Shown here: one piece after another, positions 48,388 to 57,850 of the stretch | Layout of the letters: each line of letters begins with the position of its first letter | Numbering within the stretch: the stretch's first letter is position 1 | From: Anaerolineales bacterium | GTDB taxonomy: Bacteria > Chloroflexota > Anaerolineae > Anaerolineales > E44-bin32 | Direction: 5' to 3' | Length of the DNA stretch: 60,867 nt | Assembly: GCA_037379555.1 (NCBI GenBank) | Contig: JARRJK010000001.1 | Location: 1-60,867, forward strand | Translations under genes and position numbers: made by a program | The notes under the pieces: generated by a model | What the model was told of the DNA's origin: nothing | Database searches by the model: none | The model's input: only the letters and a program-made list of their open reading frames with translations

Positions 48388-49611
48388 ATGCTCCTCAAGC
48401 ACCTCTCCCTGACGAACTTCCGCAATTTCATCCGGCTTGAGACCGATATCCCGGATGGGGCTACGATTCTCGTAGGCGCAAACGCCCAGGGGAAAACCAG
48501 CCTGCTGGAAGCGATCTTCTATCTGACGGGAGCGAGCCCTTTTTACGCCACTAGCGACAGGCAGCTGATCAATTTTCTCTCGCTCGAAGACGATCAGCCC
48601 TTCGCACGTCTCGTAGCCGAGGTCGAGGCTCACAGCCGAATGCAGCGGGTTGAAATCCGGCTGTCCATCGAACGAACCGCTTCGAACACCCACGATCGGC
48701 TTCACAAGGATGTCCTCATCAACGGTCTCAAGCGCCGCGTGCGCGACCTGGCGCATACTTTCAATGCCGTCATGTTCCTGCCGCGCGACCTGGAGATTAT
48801 CGAGGGTTCGCCAGGAAACCGGCGCCGCTTTCTCGATTCAAGCCTCTCGCAGGCCGATCCGATGTACAGCGATGCCTTGGCGGAGTACGGCAAGGTGCTC
48901 ACCCAGCGCAACGCACTGCTTAAGCAGCTACAGGAACGGCAGACCTCGAACGGCGAGCTGGAATTCTGGGATGAGCAGCTTTGCGAACATGGTGCGGCCT
49001 TGATCCGGGGGCGGGCCCTTGCTCTGGGGGAACTGAGCCGTGATGCGGCACATATCCACTCCGACTTGAGTCAGGGCAAGGAAACGCTTCAGCTCGATTA
49101 TCAACCCGCCTATGATCCCGCCGCTCCGGCCGATGGCCAGTTGGGGCTTCCACTCAACGGCACCGTCGATCGGACCGGAATCAGCCGTGAACAGATCCGG
49201 AGCGGCATGCAGACTGCGCTTCGTGCCCAGCGGCGCGAGGAGATCACACGCGGTATGACGCTTATCGGGCCGCACCGGGATGACCTGCGCCTGCTGGCAA
49301 ATGGCATTGACCTGAGGATGTACGGCTCGCGCGGGCAGAATCGCACCGCCATGCTCAGCGTCAAACTGGCCGAGGTAGGTTGGCTGATGGAACGGACGGG
49401 GGATTGGCCGATCCTGCTGCTGGACGAGGTCCTGGCCGAATTGGATGTGCAGCGCCGGGAGGATCTGCTGGCGCGCATCGGCGAAGTCAGGCAGGCACTG
49501 CTGACAGCCTCCGACCTCAGCATGTTCAGCGATGAGTTCCGTCAGCAGGCTTCGATCTGGCGCATCGAATCAGGGACTGTGCACAATGCCGAACCAGGCG
49601 CCGGCGCTTAA
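48388..49611 (+). CDS. recF: DNA replication/repair protein RecF
   Basis: LKHLSLTNFRNF.., GANAQGKTSLLEAI Walker A, LLLDEVLAELD Walker B. Track start 48322 is an extension. Confidence 0.9.
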   Translation: MLLKHLSLTNFRNFIRLETDIPDGATILVGANAQGKTSLLEAIFYLTGASPFYATSDRQLINFLSLEDDQPFARLVAEVEAHSRMQRVEIRLSIERTASNTHDRLHKDVLINGLKRRVRDLAHTFNAVMFLPRDLEIIEGSPGNRRRFLDSSLSQADPMYSDALAEYGKVLTQRNALLKQLQERQTSNGELEFWDEQLCEHGAALIRGRALALGELSRDAAHIHSDLSQGKETLQLDYQPAYDPAAPADGQLGLPLNGTVDRTGISREQIRSGMQTALRAQRREEITRGMTLIGPHRDDLRLLANGIDLRMYGSRGQNRTAMLSVKLAEVGWLMERTGDWPILLLDEVLAELDVQRREDLLARIGEVRQALLTASDLSMFSDEFRQQASIWRIESGTVHNAEPGAGA

Positions 49612-49641
49612 GCCTGCCAGGCCTCCCTCATGTGAGGCGCC

Positions 49642-50373
49642 TCATTCCAAGGGACGCCGGGAGGGAACTCCCACCCGCCGGGGATAGTTTGCCGGCGTGC
49701 CAGCGCACTTGCGCACCACCACCAGGTGCCGTGTCTCTGGAACACGTGGCAGCTCGACCGGTATCAAAGCCTCCACTTCCGCACCCAGCAGCTGCAGAGC
49801 TGCTCCCGATTCATGCACCTCAGCTGGACCGGCTTCACCTTTCTGCAGGATCGCTCGGCCGCCCAGCCGCAAAAACGGGACAACATATTCGAGCAGCGCC
49901 GGCAGCGAGGCAACCGCTCTGGCCAACCCCCAATCGTATGCCTCACGATGCCGTGGATCACGTCCCAGCTGCTCCGCCCGCCCATTGACAATCTCCACGC
50001 CGTCCATCTCCAGTCCCTCGACAATGTGCCGGCAGAAGTCGGCTTTCTTGCCGATCGATTCGACCAGCGTGAGTTGGAATCGCGGGAATGCGATCTTCAC
50101 GGGCAGGCCGGGGAACCCGGCTCCCGTCCCGATGTCGATCACCCGTCCTGGCGGTCGGAAATCGTCTACCAGCAGGCAGGAGAGTGAATCAAGAAAGTGT
50201 TTGATCTCGACCTGATCGGGATCCGTTATCGCCGTGAGGTTGATCTTCTTATTCCAAACCAGCAATTCCCGGGCGTACCAGGCAAACGCTTCGCGTTGCT
50301 TAGGTGTCAGCTGGAGTCCAAGAAGCGAGTTGATCAGTCCGCTTAGGTCAAGCGGTGTGGATGCCATGGTCAA
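49642..50373 (-). CDS. rsmG: 16S rRNA (guanine527-N7)-methyltransferase RsmG
   Basis: WNKKINLTAI.., DIGTGAGFPGLPVKIA SAM motif, C-terminal RHLVVV. Confidence 0.9.
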   Translation of the reverse strand: MTMASTPLDLSGLINSLLGLQLTPKQREAFAWYARELLVWNKKINLTAITDPDQVEIKHFLDSLSCLLVDDFRPPGRVIDIGTGAGFPGLPVKIAFPRFQLTLVESIGKKADFCRHIVEGLEMDGVEIVNGRAEQLGRDPRHREAYDWGLARAVASLPALLEYVVPFLRLGGRAILQKGEAGPAEVHESGAALQLLGAEVEALIPVELPRVPETRHLVVVRKCAGTPANYPRRVGVPSRRPLE

Positions 50374-51457
50374 GCGAGTCCAGTACGAAACCGGGAGTGA
50401 TGCGTATTTCGCCGGTGTGGAGCCCGGCCAGGTTTAGCAGAACGCGCGCGTCGAAGCGAGCCAGATCCGTGCGCTCTTCGCGGCGGAGCGCCCCGATTCG
50501 CCCAAGCACTTCAAGCGTCGCGACCGAGCCAGCCCGGTGGCCGAGGTCGCCATCCAGAATCTTCAAGGCCAGCCCGAGCGCTGCGTGCTTGTAGCCCAGT
50601 GAGTCGGCAGGAATTCCAACGCATTGATACCCTTCCGCTCCACCTTTCGAGAGCAGACGGCCAGCGCTAGCACGCATCAACCTGGTGTCAAAGCGGCCTT
50701 CCCCGGAAACAAGAACAGGGTGCCCGGTCATCGCCGCTACGACACGCCGGGCTGCCTCGGCTGCCGCAGCTGGCAAATTTTCCGGCGCCATCAAACGTGC
50801 ATAGGCCATGGCTGCATTGCGAAGCGGGATCGCGAAATTCGGAGCTGAGCAACCGTCAGTTCCAACCCGAATCGCATCGAGCGGCAGGCCGCTCATCTGG
50901 GAGAAATTCTCCAGAATCATCTTCTGAACAGGATGATCGGGTTCGAGATAGGTATCCAGCGGGGCGTCGAGGTGCACCGCCAGTGCGAGCATGCCGCTGT
51001 GCTTGCCCGAGCAGTTGTTGCGCAGCGCATCCGGCTCGAGGCCTTTCCGGATTAACGCTTCTGCCGTCGATGGGTCGTAGGGCAGGTGGACCCCACAGCG
51101 GAGGTCCTCTGCCGAGCATCCGATCTTTAACAACATGCCGGCCGCGAGCGCAGCATGGCGGTCCGTGCCGGCATGCGATGCGCACATCAACGCCACTTCC
51201 TCGGACGTGAACCCTGCTGCATCGGCCGCGCCCGCGGCGAGGGTCGGCATCGCCTGAAACGGCTTGGCCGAAGACCGCATGAACGTCTGAAGCTCCGGAT
51301 CCCCGAAGGAAGCTATCAGCTTTCCTTCGCTGTCGGCGAGGGCGAAAGACGCGAGATGCGATGACTCGACCAGTCCATTGCGCGCGATCTCAATCAACGG
51401 CGCCGACGGGCCTCGCTTGGACTGCGGGGCTTCACCTTGGGGCTTTGTTCCCATCAT
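50348..51457 (-). CDS. Asparaginase (Asparaginase_II / Rhizobium-type family)
   Basis: GLVESSHLASFALADSEGKL.., FMRSSAKPFQAMP, NNCSGKHSGML family motifs. ATGA overlap with the upstream gene. Confidence 0.75.
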   Translation of the reverse strand: MMGTKPQGEAPQSKRGPSAPLIEIARNGLVESSHLASFALADSEGKLIASFGDPELQTFMRSSAKPFQAMPTLAAGAADAAGFTSEEVALMCASHAGTDRHAALAAGMLLKIGCSAEDLRCGVHLPYDPSTAEALIRKGLEPDALRNNCSGKHSGMLALAVHLDAPLDTYLEPDHPVQKMILENFSQMSGLPLDAIRVGTDGCSAPNFAIPLRNAAMAYARLMAPENLPAAAAEAARRVVAAMTGHPVLVSGEGRFDTRLMRASAGRLLSKGGAEGYQCVGIPADSLGYKHAALGLALKILDGDLGHRAGSVATLEVLGRIGALRREERTDLARFDARVLLNLAGLHTGEIRITPGFVLDSLDHGIHTA

Positions 51458-52290
51458 CCGTTCCCGGCCCTGGTATGCTCAAGCAAATCCAGCAACCCTT
51501 CGCGAACCCTGAGATGGAAGGCCTCCAGGCGGGCGGCGGGATGTGGGAAATCTGTCACCAGCTCCTCAGCGTAGGAATCAACCTCAGCCTCCGGCGTGCG
51601 CGCACGCTCGAGCTTCTCCAGCCTGGATTCCACCTTGCGCAGAAACCGGGCCATAGCATTGATATCCTCACGCTCTGCCGGACCGCCATACGCTGAGACG
51701 GCCGTGTAGCCTTTCATCGCCGAACTGCGCAAAATATCCAAGCACTCATGCCAGCTCTCCACATCAGCCGCCCCAAGATAAGGCGGCTCACTTAAAGTGA
51801 CACAGTCCCCAACGAAGACGATCCCGGTAGCTGGGATCAGGACCCAGATCGAACCTGTCTGAGGGCCGGGGTGGTGCTCCAGCCGAAGCGCAAGTCCGTT
51901 CAGATTGATGTCCGCGGACTGGCTGAAACTGAGATCAGGCACGGCGCGATGGATCCCGGTCACGCGTTTAAGGTGGTCCGATTCAGCACCAATGGGATGC
52001 TGGTTCCCTTTGAAAGTGTCGGACCACTCGCGAATCTCCGCCAGCGCGTGGTCATGAGCCAGGAGCGGACCCTCGAAGATGCGTGAGCCAAGAACCCGGT
52101 CTGGATGGGCGTCAAGCAGCGCCAGATAACGGGCGCGCCCGCGCTCGCTGGCCGCGTTCAACCAGTCCTTCGCATCTTCGACCCGAAGAGGGCAATCGAC
52201 GAGAAAAAGGTCGTCCTTGCTGACGACCAGACCCACGTCTACTCCTGCGTACCGAGACTCGTAGTACACACCAGTCGCAAGTTTTCGCAT
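51454..52290 (-). CDS. MBL-fold-like protein with degenerate metal-binding motif
   Basis: Beta-lactamase-fold-like order (LFLVDCP.., LLDAHPDR in place of HxHxDH, FVGDCV..). The assignment is tentative. Confidence 0.45.
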   Translation of the reverse strand: MRKLATGVYYESRYAGVDVGLVVSKDDLFLVDCPLRVEDAKDWLNAASERGRARYLALLDAHPDRVLGSRIFEGPLLAHDHALAEIREWSDTFKGNQHPIGAESDHLKRVTGIHRAVPDLSFSQSADINLNGLALRLEHHPGPQTGSIWVLIPATGIVFVGDCVTLSEPPYLGAADVESWHECLDILRSSAMKGYTAVSAYGGPAEREDINAMARFLRKVESRLEKLERARTPEAEVDSYAEELVTDFPHPAARLEAFHLRVREGLLDLLEHTRAGNG

Positions 52291-52322
52291 TGCCGCTCCT
52301 GTGTAATGACGCTGGCTATACC

Positions 52323-54884
52323 TTAGAGGGGGAGAGTAAACGTGAAGGTCGAGCCTTTGCCCTCTTCGCTTTCAACCCAGATCTTGCCGCCGTGCGCTTC
52401 GACCGCCAGACGGCAGAAGGCCAGACCGAGGCCCAGCCCCTTCGAGCGTCCTTCGCGCTGCAGGCGGGTGAACTTCTGAAAGATTCGCTCACGGTCTTTC
52501 CCCGAAATCCCCGGGCCGCTATCCTGCACCGAGACGATCATCTCCCCGTCGTTCTTGCTCGCCGAGACCGCGATCCAGTCACCGCTGCGTGTGTACTTGA
52601 TCGCGTTTTCAAGCAAATTGATAAGCACCCTGCGAATCATGTCGACATCCATCTCCACCGACGGCAGGCCAGGCTGCAGGTTCATGCGCAGCAATTGGCC
52701 GCGTGCTTCGGCAGTTGGGTGCACCTCCTCAACCGATTCCGCGATCAGCGCGCTGATTGAGCCCCGGGTCAGATTAAGCACCGCCTTATCAGCTTCCAGG
52801 CGGTTCAGATCGAGCAGCGATTCAACCAGGCGCGACGCCCGTCGGCTTGACCGGGCCGCAATCGAGAGCACCGACTGGATTGTCTCATCCTGCTCCCCCA
52901 GAGAGGCCGTAAGGACTTCCAGGCTCGAGATGATATTCCCCAGCGGTGAACGCAGATCATGGAAGATCATCGACGTCAGGTCGGTGCGGAGTTCGGCGAG
53001 CTCCAACCGCTCCGAGATGTCGCGCAGAATCCACTGCAAAAACGGTCCGGAGCCCACATCGATACGCTTCACATGCACCTCAACGGGAAGCGTACGCCCG
53101 CCACTGTGCGCGAGGCGGCTGTCGTAACTGAAAGTCTGACCGGCTTCGATCGAATTCAGCGGGTCAGGCAGCTGATCGGTGCTGGTTTCATGCAGATCCA
53201 GGATTGAAGTGCCAAGCAGCGCGGCGCGCTGTTTCCCTAGGAAGGCTTCCGCACGGAGGTTGGCATCGGTGATCTTGCCCTCCATGTCGGTGATCAAGAT
53301 GCTATCGATGCTGTCCTCGAAGAGGCTGGCGTAGCGCTGGCGAGCAGCCTGGGTTTCTTTGAACAGCTGGGCGTGAACGATCGCTGTCCCAGCCAGGTCA
53401 GCAATGCCCGTTAGCAGCTCCAGGTGCTCAGCGACTAAATTGCCACTGAGCGGGTTGATCGCCTCCAGGACGCCGATCGTCTTCGACTGCACGCGAATCG
53501 GAACGCAGGCCAACATGCGGGTTTCGAAATCCAGTTTGCGGTCGACATCGGGATAAAAACGTGGATCGGAATGCACATCGGTTGATATGACCGATTCATC
53601 GTGATCGAGCACCCAGCCTGCCAGGCCGGCGCCGCGCTTCAGGCGGGTTCCAACAATCTGTTCCGCACTGCGGCCGCTTGCCACTCGGAAAACAAGCTCA
53701 TCGCTCTCCTCGTCGAGCAACGCGAGCGAAGCCGCCTCGACAGCCAGGCTTTCCTTCGTCCGTTCGGTAATGCGCTGCAGGACCTCTTCCAGGTCCAGGC
53801 TGGCCGTGATCGCGCGGGCTGTATCAGCCAGCGCCACGAGCGACTGGACCCGCCGCTGGAGTTCGCCGTACAGCTGGGCGTTCGCCACTGCAGTTGCTGC
53901 CTGGTCGGCAAACGTCGATACGACCTCCACCTCCGCCTGCCCGTATGCCCCGACGTTATGGCTGTCGACGTTGAGCAGACCGACCACGCTGTCGCGGACG
54001 ATCAAAGGGGCACCGATCCAGCCATGAATGCGGTCCGCTTCCGGCAGCTCCTGATGGCGGAGCCAGGTTGGCTCCAGTTGAACATCTTCGATCACCATCG
54101 GCTTGCCAGTCTCCAGGACCTGCATCCCCAGCACGCCTTTATCGATAGGCAAGGTGAAATCGAGAACGACCTGCTGGGTCTTCGAACCGCGTGCAGCCAC
54201 TGGCTTTAAATATCCGTCTTCCACCAGGAAGATGCTGGCGCTGTCGAAATCCACCACGCGTTCCAGCTGCTCGAGCACTTGATAAAAGACAATCTGCGGA
54301 TCGAGGGTAGAGCTGATGGTGCGCGCGATCTCCTGCAAGGTTGAGGAAAGCTTGCGGCGGTCCTGTTCAGACCGGAAAAGGTGCGCGTTGCTGACGGCGA
54401 TCCCGGCCTGGTCGGCAATAGCCGTCGCCAGTGCCAGATCATCCTGTGTGAAGCGGCCCGCTTGCGGGCGCACAAGCGTCAGAACGCCAACAATCCGGTC
54501 GCGCGCCAGGAGCGGAACGCAGATTGCGGAACGGGATTCGCCCTCGTCCTCCTCGCCGGGCTTGCGCAGCCAGCGAGCGTCTTCGCGTGTGCTCTCGACC
54601 AGCGCAGCCTGGCGGTTTTCGACCACCCAACCGGCCAGACCGTGTTCGTAGGTGTCGCGCAGTTGCTCGGTGGAGTGGTCGTGTACTTTTCCGCCGGTGG
54701 CGATGGCACCCTCGGTCGCCTCGCCGCGCTCATCCAGGACGAGGATGCTTCCAGCCGGCGCGCCAACGGCCTGCAGCGTGAGCTGCAGGATGCGCTGCAG
54801 CAGTTCCCGCAGGTCCAACTGCTCGGTCAGCTCACGGCTGATGGAATACAGCAGATCGAGCGAGGCTTGCGTGCGTTCTGTCAC
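52323..54884 (-). CDS. Sensor histidine kinase (three GAF + PAS + HisKA + HATPase)
   Basis: Three GAF repeats, PAS (ILITDMEGKITDAN..), H-box FHDLRSPLGNI, NLLENAIKYT, DSGPGI, GLGLGLAFCR. The track start TTG 54971 overlaps a TGCTATACT promoter. GTG 54884 has AAGGAG 4 nt upstream. Confidence 0.85.
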   Translation of the reverse strand: MTERTQASLDLLYSISRELTEQLDLRELLQRILQLTLQAVGAPAGSILVLDERGEATEGAIATGGKVHDHSTEQLRDTYEHGLAGWVVENRQAALVESTREDARWLRKPGEEDEGESRSAICVPLLARDRIVGVLTLVRPQAGRFTQDDLALATAIADQAGIAVSNAHLFRSEQDRRKLSSTLQEIARTISSTLDPQIVFYQVLEQLERVVDFDSASIFLVEDGYLKPVAARGSKTQQVVLDFTLPIDKGVLGMQVLETGKPMVIEDVQLEPTWLRHQELPEADRIHGWIGAPLIVRDSVVGLLNVDSHNVGAYGQAEVEVVSTFADQAATAVANAQLYGELQRRVQSLVALADTARAITASLDLEEVLQRITERTKESLAVEAASLALLDEESDELVFRVASGRSAEQIVGTRLKRGAGLAGWVLDHDESVISTDVHSDPRFYPDVDRKLDFETRMLACVPIRVQSKTIGVLEAINPLSGNLVAEHLELLTGIADLAGTAIVHAQLFKETQAARQRYASLFEDSIDSILITDMEGKITDANLRAEAFLGKQRAALLGTSILDLHETSTDQLPDPLNSIEAGQTFSYDSRLAHSGGRTLPVEVHVKRIDVGSGPFLQWILRDISERLELAELRTDLTSMIFHDLRSPLGNIISSLEVLTASLGEQDETIQSVLSIAARSSRRASRLVESLLDLNRLEADKAVLNLTRGSISALIAESVEEVHPTAEARGQLLRMNLQPGLPSVEMDVDMIRRVLINLLENAIKYTRSGDWIAVSASKNDGEMIVSVQDSGPGISGKDRERIFQKFTRLQREGRSKGLGLGLAFCRLAVEAHGGKIWVESEEGKGSTFTFTLPL

Positions 54885-54954
54885 CTGGCTCCTTGAACGC
54901 CAAAATCTCCCGGCTTCAGGGCCGTAGGAAGCGAAGAGATCTTCGAGTTGACCG

Positions 54955-54963
54955 AGTATAGCA
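54955..54963 (-). promoter_or_regulatory. Extended -10 element TGCTATACT upstream of kinase 52323..54884
   Basis: Minus-strand TGCTATACT lies about 70 nt before GTG 54884, which has an AAGGAG RBS. Confidence 0.45.
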
Positions 54964-55090
54964 TAGGGCAACAGGCGGAATCACCATGACATAAGTTCCC
55001 CGAGCATGGGTACAGGGGAACAACTGTGCTAAAACGTCGGGCACAAACAGCTGCTGCCTGGCCGCTGAGCAGGTTCTCTTGCGGGTCGTA

Positions 55091-55118
55091 AAGAAAAACG
55101 CGCCAGGGGGCTGGCGCG
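55091..55118 (-). terminator. Intrinsic terminator ending the seven-gene 55150..60867 operon
   Basis: Minus strand CGCGCCAG-cccc-CTGGCGCG followed by TTTTTCTT. Confidence 0.7.
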
Positions 55119-55149
55119 ATCTCGCCTTCAAACGCTTGGAAGAAAATCG

Positions 55150-55542
55150 TCAGCTGGCTCTACTACGCAGCTCCTCACGGAAAACCAGCGTCAGCAGGGC
55201 GTTGACCACGCTGACCAGCAGGGCGCCCAGCAGGGCGGCCCAGAAGGTTTCGACTTCAAACCCAAAGCCGCTGCCGATGAGGCGGCCCAGGAGACCCGTG
55301 AGCCAGAAGAGGAGTGTGTTGATAATCAAGGAAAACAAGCCGAGCGTAAGTAGAATCAGCGGGCAGGTGAGCAATTTCAGAACCGGTTTGAGCAGCGCAT
55401 TGACCAGCGTGAAGACAACCGCCATTACCAGGTAGGCCCACCACTGCGTAGTATCGGAACGAATACCGGAAATCCAGCCGGTGCCAACCGCAGCGTACAG
55501 CGCGATGGCGTTGATTGCCAGGCGAATGATCAATCTGTTCAT
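55150..55542 (-). CDS. DUF360 / phage-holin-4-like membrane protein (YvlD-like)
   Basis: MNRLIIRLAINAIALYAAV.. and four TM helices, typical of DUF360. GGAGG lies 4 nt before ATG 55542. Confidence 0.7.
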   Translation of the reverse strand: MNRLIIRLAINAIALYAAVGTGWISGIRSDTTQWWAYLVMAVVFTLVNALLKPVLKLLTCPLILLTLGLFSLIINTLLFWLTGLLGRLIGSGFGFEVETFWAALLGALLVSVVNALLTLVFREELRSRAS

Positions 55543-55617
55543 TGAACCTCCGACACGGATCATATCACAGGAGCCGGTCAAGCCTTCAGCGTTGGGCCTA
55601 CCGCCGGACCGACCAGC

Positions 55618-55989
55618 TTATTCCACGAAAATCTCGACCCGCTGGCCTTCCTCCTCATCGATGATGTCGACGATCTTGCCGGTCATGCCCTGGTTGAGAG
55701 CTTGCGCCAGGTCCTCCATCACCGTTTCCTGCTCCGCGTCCGGGATAAAGCGCGCGCCCATCTTCATGCCGACATTCACCAGGCTGATCGGCAGGTTAAC
55801 GCGCACCGACTCCTTACCGCTGACCAGGTCGAGCACCCGCACGCGCAACCAGCGCGGGGAGTCTTCTGCGGAGCCCTCCCGGCGCTGCTTCTGCTTGCTG
55901 AGGGCACCCAGCAGGCGGGTGCCTTCCTCGGCGGATATCTTGCCCTCCTCGATCATTTTGAGGATCTTCATACGTTCTTCAGTCGACAT
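55618..55989 (-). CDS. Small protein with N-terminal SHOCT-like helix (YvlB/LiaX N-terminal-type) and C-terminal beta-rich domain
   Basis: EERMKILKMIEEGKISAEEGTRLLGAL; C-terminal part paralogous to 56008..56548. AAGGAGAGG RBS. Confidence 0.7.
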   Translation of the reverse strand: MSTEERMKILKMIEEGKISAEEGTRLLGALSKQKQRREGSAEDSPRWLRVRVLDLVSGKESVRVNLPISLVNVGMKMGARFIPDAEQETVMEDLAQALNQGMTGKIVDIIDEEEGQRVEIFVE

Positions 55990-56007
55990 GGTTCGCCCTC
56001 TCCTTGC

Positions 56008-56199
56008 TCATCCAAGAAAGACCTGGACGCGTTCACCGGATTCACCCTCATCGATATCGATCTGGATCGGCTCTCCACTCGAAAGCCCTTCTTCGAGCGC
56101 CAGAAGCAGCTCATCCAGTGATGTATGTTCCAGGCCGGACGCCAAACGACCGCAGGACCCACGCGCTGACCCGCAGCGGCAAGGGCAGGCTGATCGCAA
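56008..56199 (-). pseudogene. Out-of-frame continuation of the preceding gene (C-terminal domain in the +1 frame)
   Basis: ..LEHTSLDELLLALEEGLSSGEPIQIDIDEGESGERVQVFLG aligns with ..ETVMEDLAQALNQGMTGKIVDIIDEEEGQRVEIFVE of the paralogue. Its stop at 56008 sits 18 nt upstream of the next ATG, with the RBS in between. Confidence 0.6.
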
Positions 56200-56548
56200 T
56201 CCGGCGCGGCCAGCTGTCCTGACCGGTATGAACCCGGATATGCACCCAGGGCGAGCCGATCGAGGCGATCAAAAGGATCAGGACCAGGCCGCCAAGCAGC
56301 AGCAGCGGACCAGCAAGTAGCCACCACCAGCCGCCGCTCTGGCCAAGCGCAATGCCAGCGGCGATCACGATCAGGGTGATCGAGAACGGGATCAACCACC
56401 AACCCGCCCAGCGGTTGGGGATTTCGCTCGCCCGCTCATTTTTTGCCGGCTGGGATTCGTTCTCCAGCATGCTGGCAGCCGTTTCCGGGTCGAGTGTGCC
56501 CGCCTCGACCCGCCGCAGGATATCCATGGCATCGAATTCATCGTTCAT
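56111..56548 (-). CDS. Membrane protein with SHOCT-like N-terminal helix; apparently truncated by a frameshift (see 56008..56199)
   Basis: AMDILRRVEAGTLDPETAASMLE, two TM helices, then SPWVHIRVHTG..IAISLPLPLRVSAWVLRSFG aligning with PRWLRVRV..VRVNLPISLVNVGMKMGARF of 55618..55989. ATG 56548. Confidence 0.6.
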   Translation of the reverse strand: MNDEFDAMDILRRVEAGTLDPETAASMLENESQPAKNERASEIPNRWAGWWLIPFSITLIVIAAGIALGQSGGWWWLLAGPLLLLGGLVLILLIASIGSPWVHIRVHTGQDSWPRRIAISLPLPLRVSAWVLRSFGVRPGTYITG

Positions 56549-56577
56549 CGATCGATCCTTTTTCCTCCGCCCGCGAT

Positions 56578-57828
56578 TCAATCCGCGGGAGCCGTCTCCA
56601 ACGGGAGCGATTGCTGTTCTGCAGCCGCCGGACTATATGCCTTCGGCAGCAGGAGTCCCAGCGCAACAGCGCCGAGGAAGACCAGCACACCTCCGGCAAA
56701 ATACGTCCGCCGTATTCCGATCAAGGCACCTAAAAACCCGGCCGAACCCATCGAGATGACCGTCGCCAGCGAAATCGCCATTTCCATGACCGCGCTGGCC
56801 CGCCCGAGCATCTTCTCCGGCACCCCAGCCTGAAGCATGGTCTGCAGGGAGGCGTTAAGCGGAGGCAGGGCGAAGCCAACCAGGGGGATGCAGATCAGCG
56901 CTGCAGTATACCCCGGCGCGCCACCGAACAGCGCAATCCCCAGGGCGAGCAGGATCATAGAAGCTACCGCGACCACACGCGGTTTTAGAAGCTTGCCAAG
57001 AGCGCCGAGGAGCAGCCCTCCCACCAGCATGCCGAAGCCCTGCGCAGCTTGCACGCCGCCCAGCGCGCCTGGAGCAACCCCAAATGCGTCCCGCAAGAAA
57101 GGCACAAACAGCACATCAATCGCACCAATGCCGAACATCGCCAGGGCAATGCCGATCGTAATGCTCTGCAGCAGGCGGCTCGTGAGAATGTACCGCACGC
57201 CTTCCTTAAGCGAACGCCAGGCAGTAGCTACCTGTTCGTTCGCCTGGAACGCACGCGTGGCGACACCGCTGATCCCCAGCAGCAGGACAGCGGAAGTCAG
57301 GAAGCTCGCCGAATCGACCAGAAATGCGATATCCGTCCCCCAGCGACCGACGACGATGCCAGCCAGAATGGGCCCTGACAGCCTGGCGATCGTTTGACCC
57401 AGCTGCATCCACCCGTTGGCCGACATCAATTCATCCTTACCGACGATTGAGGGGATGAGCGCCGTCCGGGCTGGATAGAAGAACACGCTGAACGCCGCCA
57501 GCATGAATGCGAAGGCTATCGCCAGCGGCAGGTCGGCAGCCGAACGGAGCAGCAGGTAGCCCGGTGCCAGAAGTGCACGCACGACGTCCGACAGCACCAT
57601 CACGAGTTTACGATCCTGGCGATCGACGATCGTCCCGGCGAAGATCCCGAGCAGCAGCACCGGCAATGTGTAGGCGATCATCACGGCTCCCAGCGCTTTG
57701 GCTGATCCGCCCGGATCGCTGTACAGACTGTCGATCCGCACCGCCAGAGCCAGGAAGCTGAAGGTGTCCCCGGCTGCTGAGATCCACTGCGCTACCCATA
57801 GCAAGACGAAATTCCTGTTCCGAATCAT
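56578..57828 (-). CDS. MFS transporter
   Basis: 12-TM profile, MIRNRNFVLLWVAQWISAAGD.. and GTIVDRQDRK motif typical of DHA3/enterobactin-exporter-like MFS. Confidence 0.85.
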   Translation of the reverse strand: MIRNRNFVLLWVAQWISAAGDTFSFLALAVRIDSLYSDPGGSAKALGAVMIAYTLPVLLLGIFAGTIVDRQDRKLVMVLSDVVRALLAPGYLLLRSAADLPLAIAFAFMLAAFSVFFYPARTALIPSIVGKDELMSANGWMQLGQTIARLSGPILAGIVVGRWGTDIAFLVDSASFLTSAVLLLGISGVATRAFQANEQVATAWRSLKEGVRYILTSRLLQSITIGIALAMFGIGAIDVLFVPFLRDAFGVAPGALGGVQAAQGFGMLVGGLLLGALGKLLKPRVVAVASMILLALGIALFGGAPGYTAALICIPLVGFALPPLNASLQTMLQAGVPEKMLGRASAVMEMAISLATVISMGSAGFLGALIGIRRTYFAGGVLVFLGAVALGLLLPKAYSPAAAEQQSLPLETAPAD

Positions 57829-57850
57829 ACGGTCTTCCTACCCGCAACCA

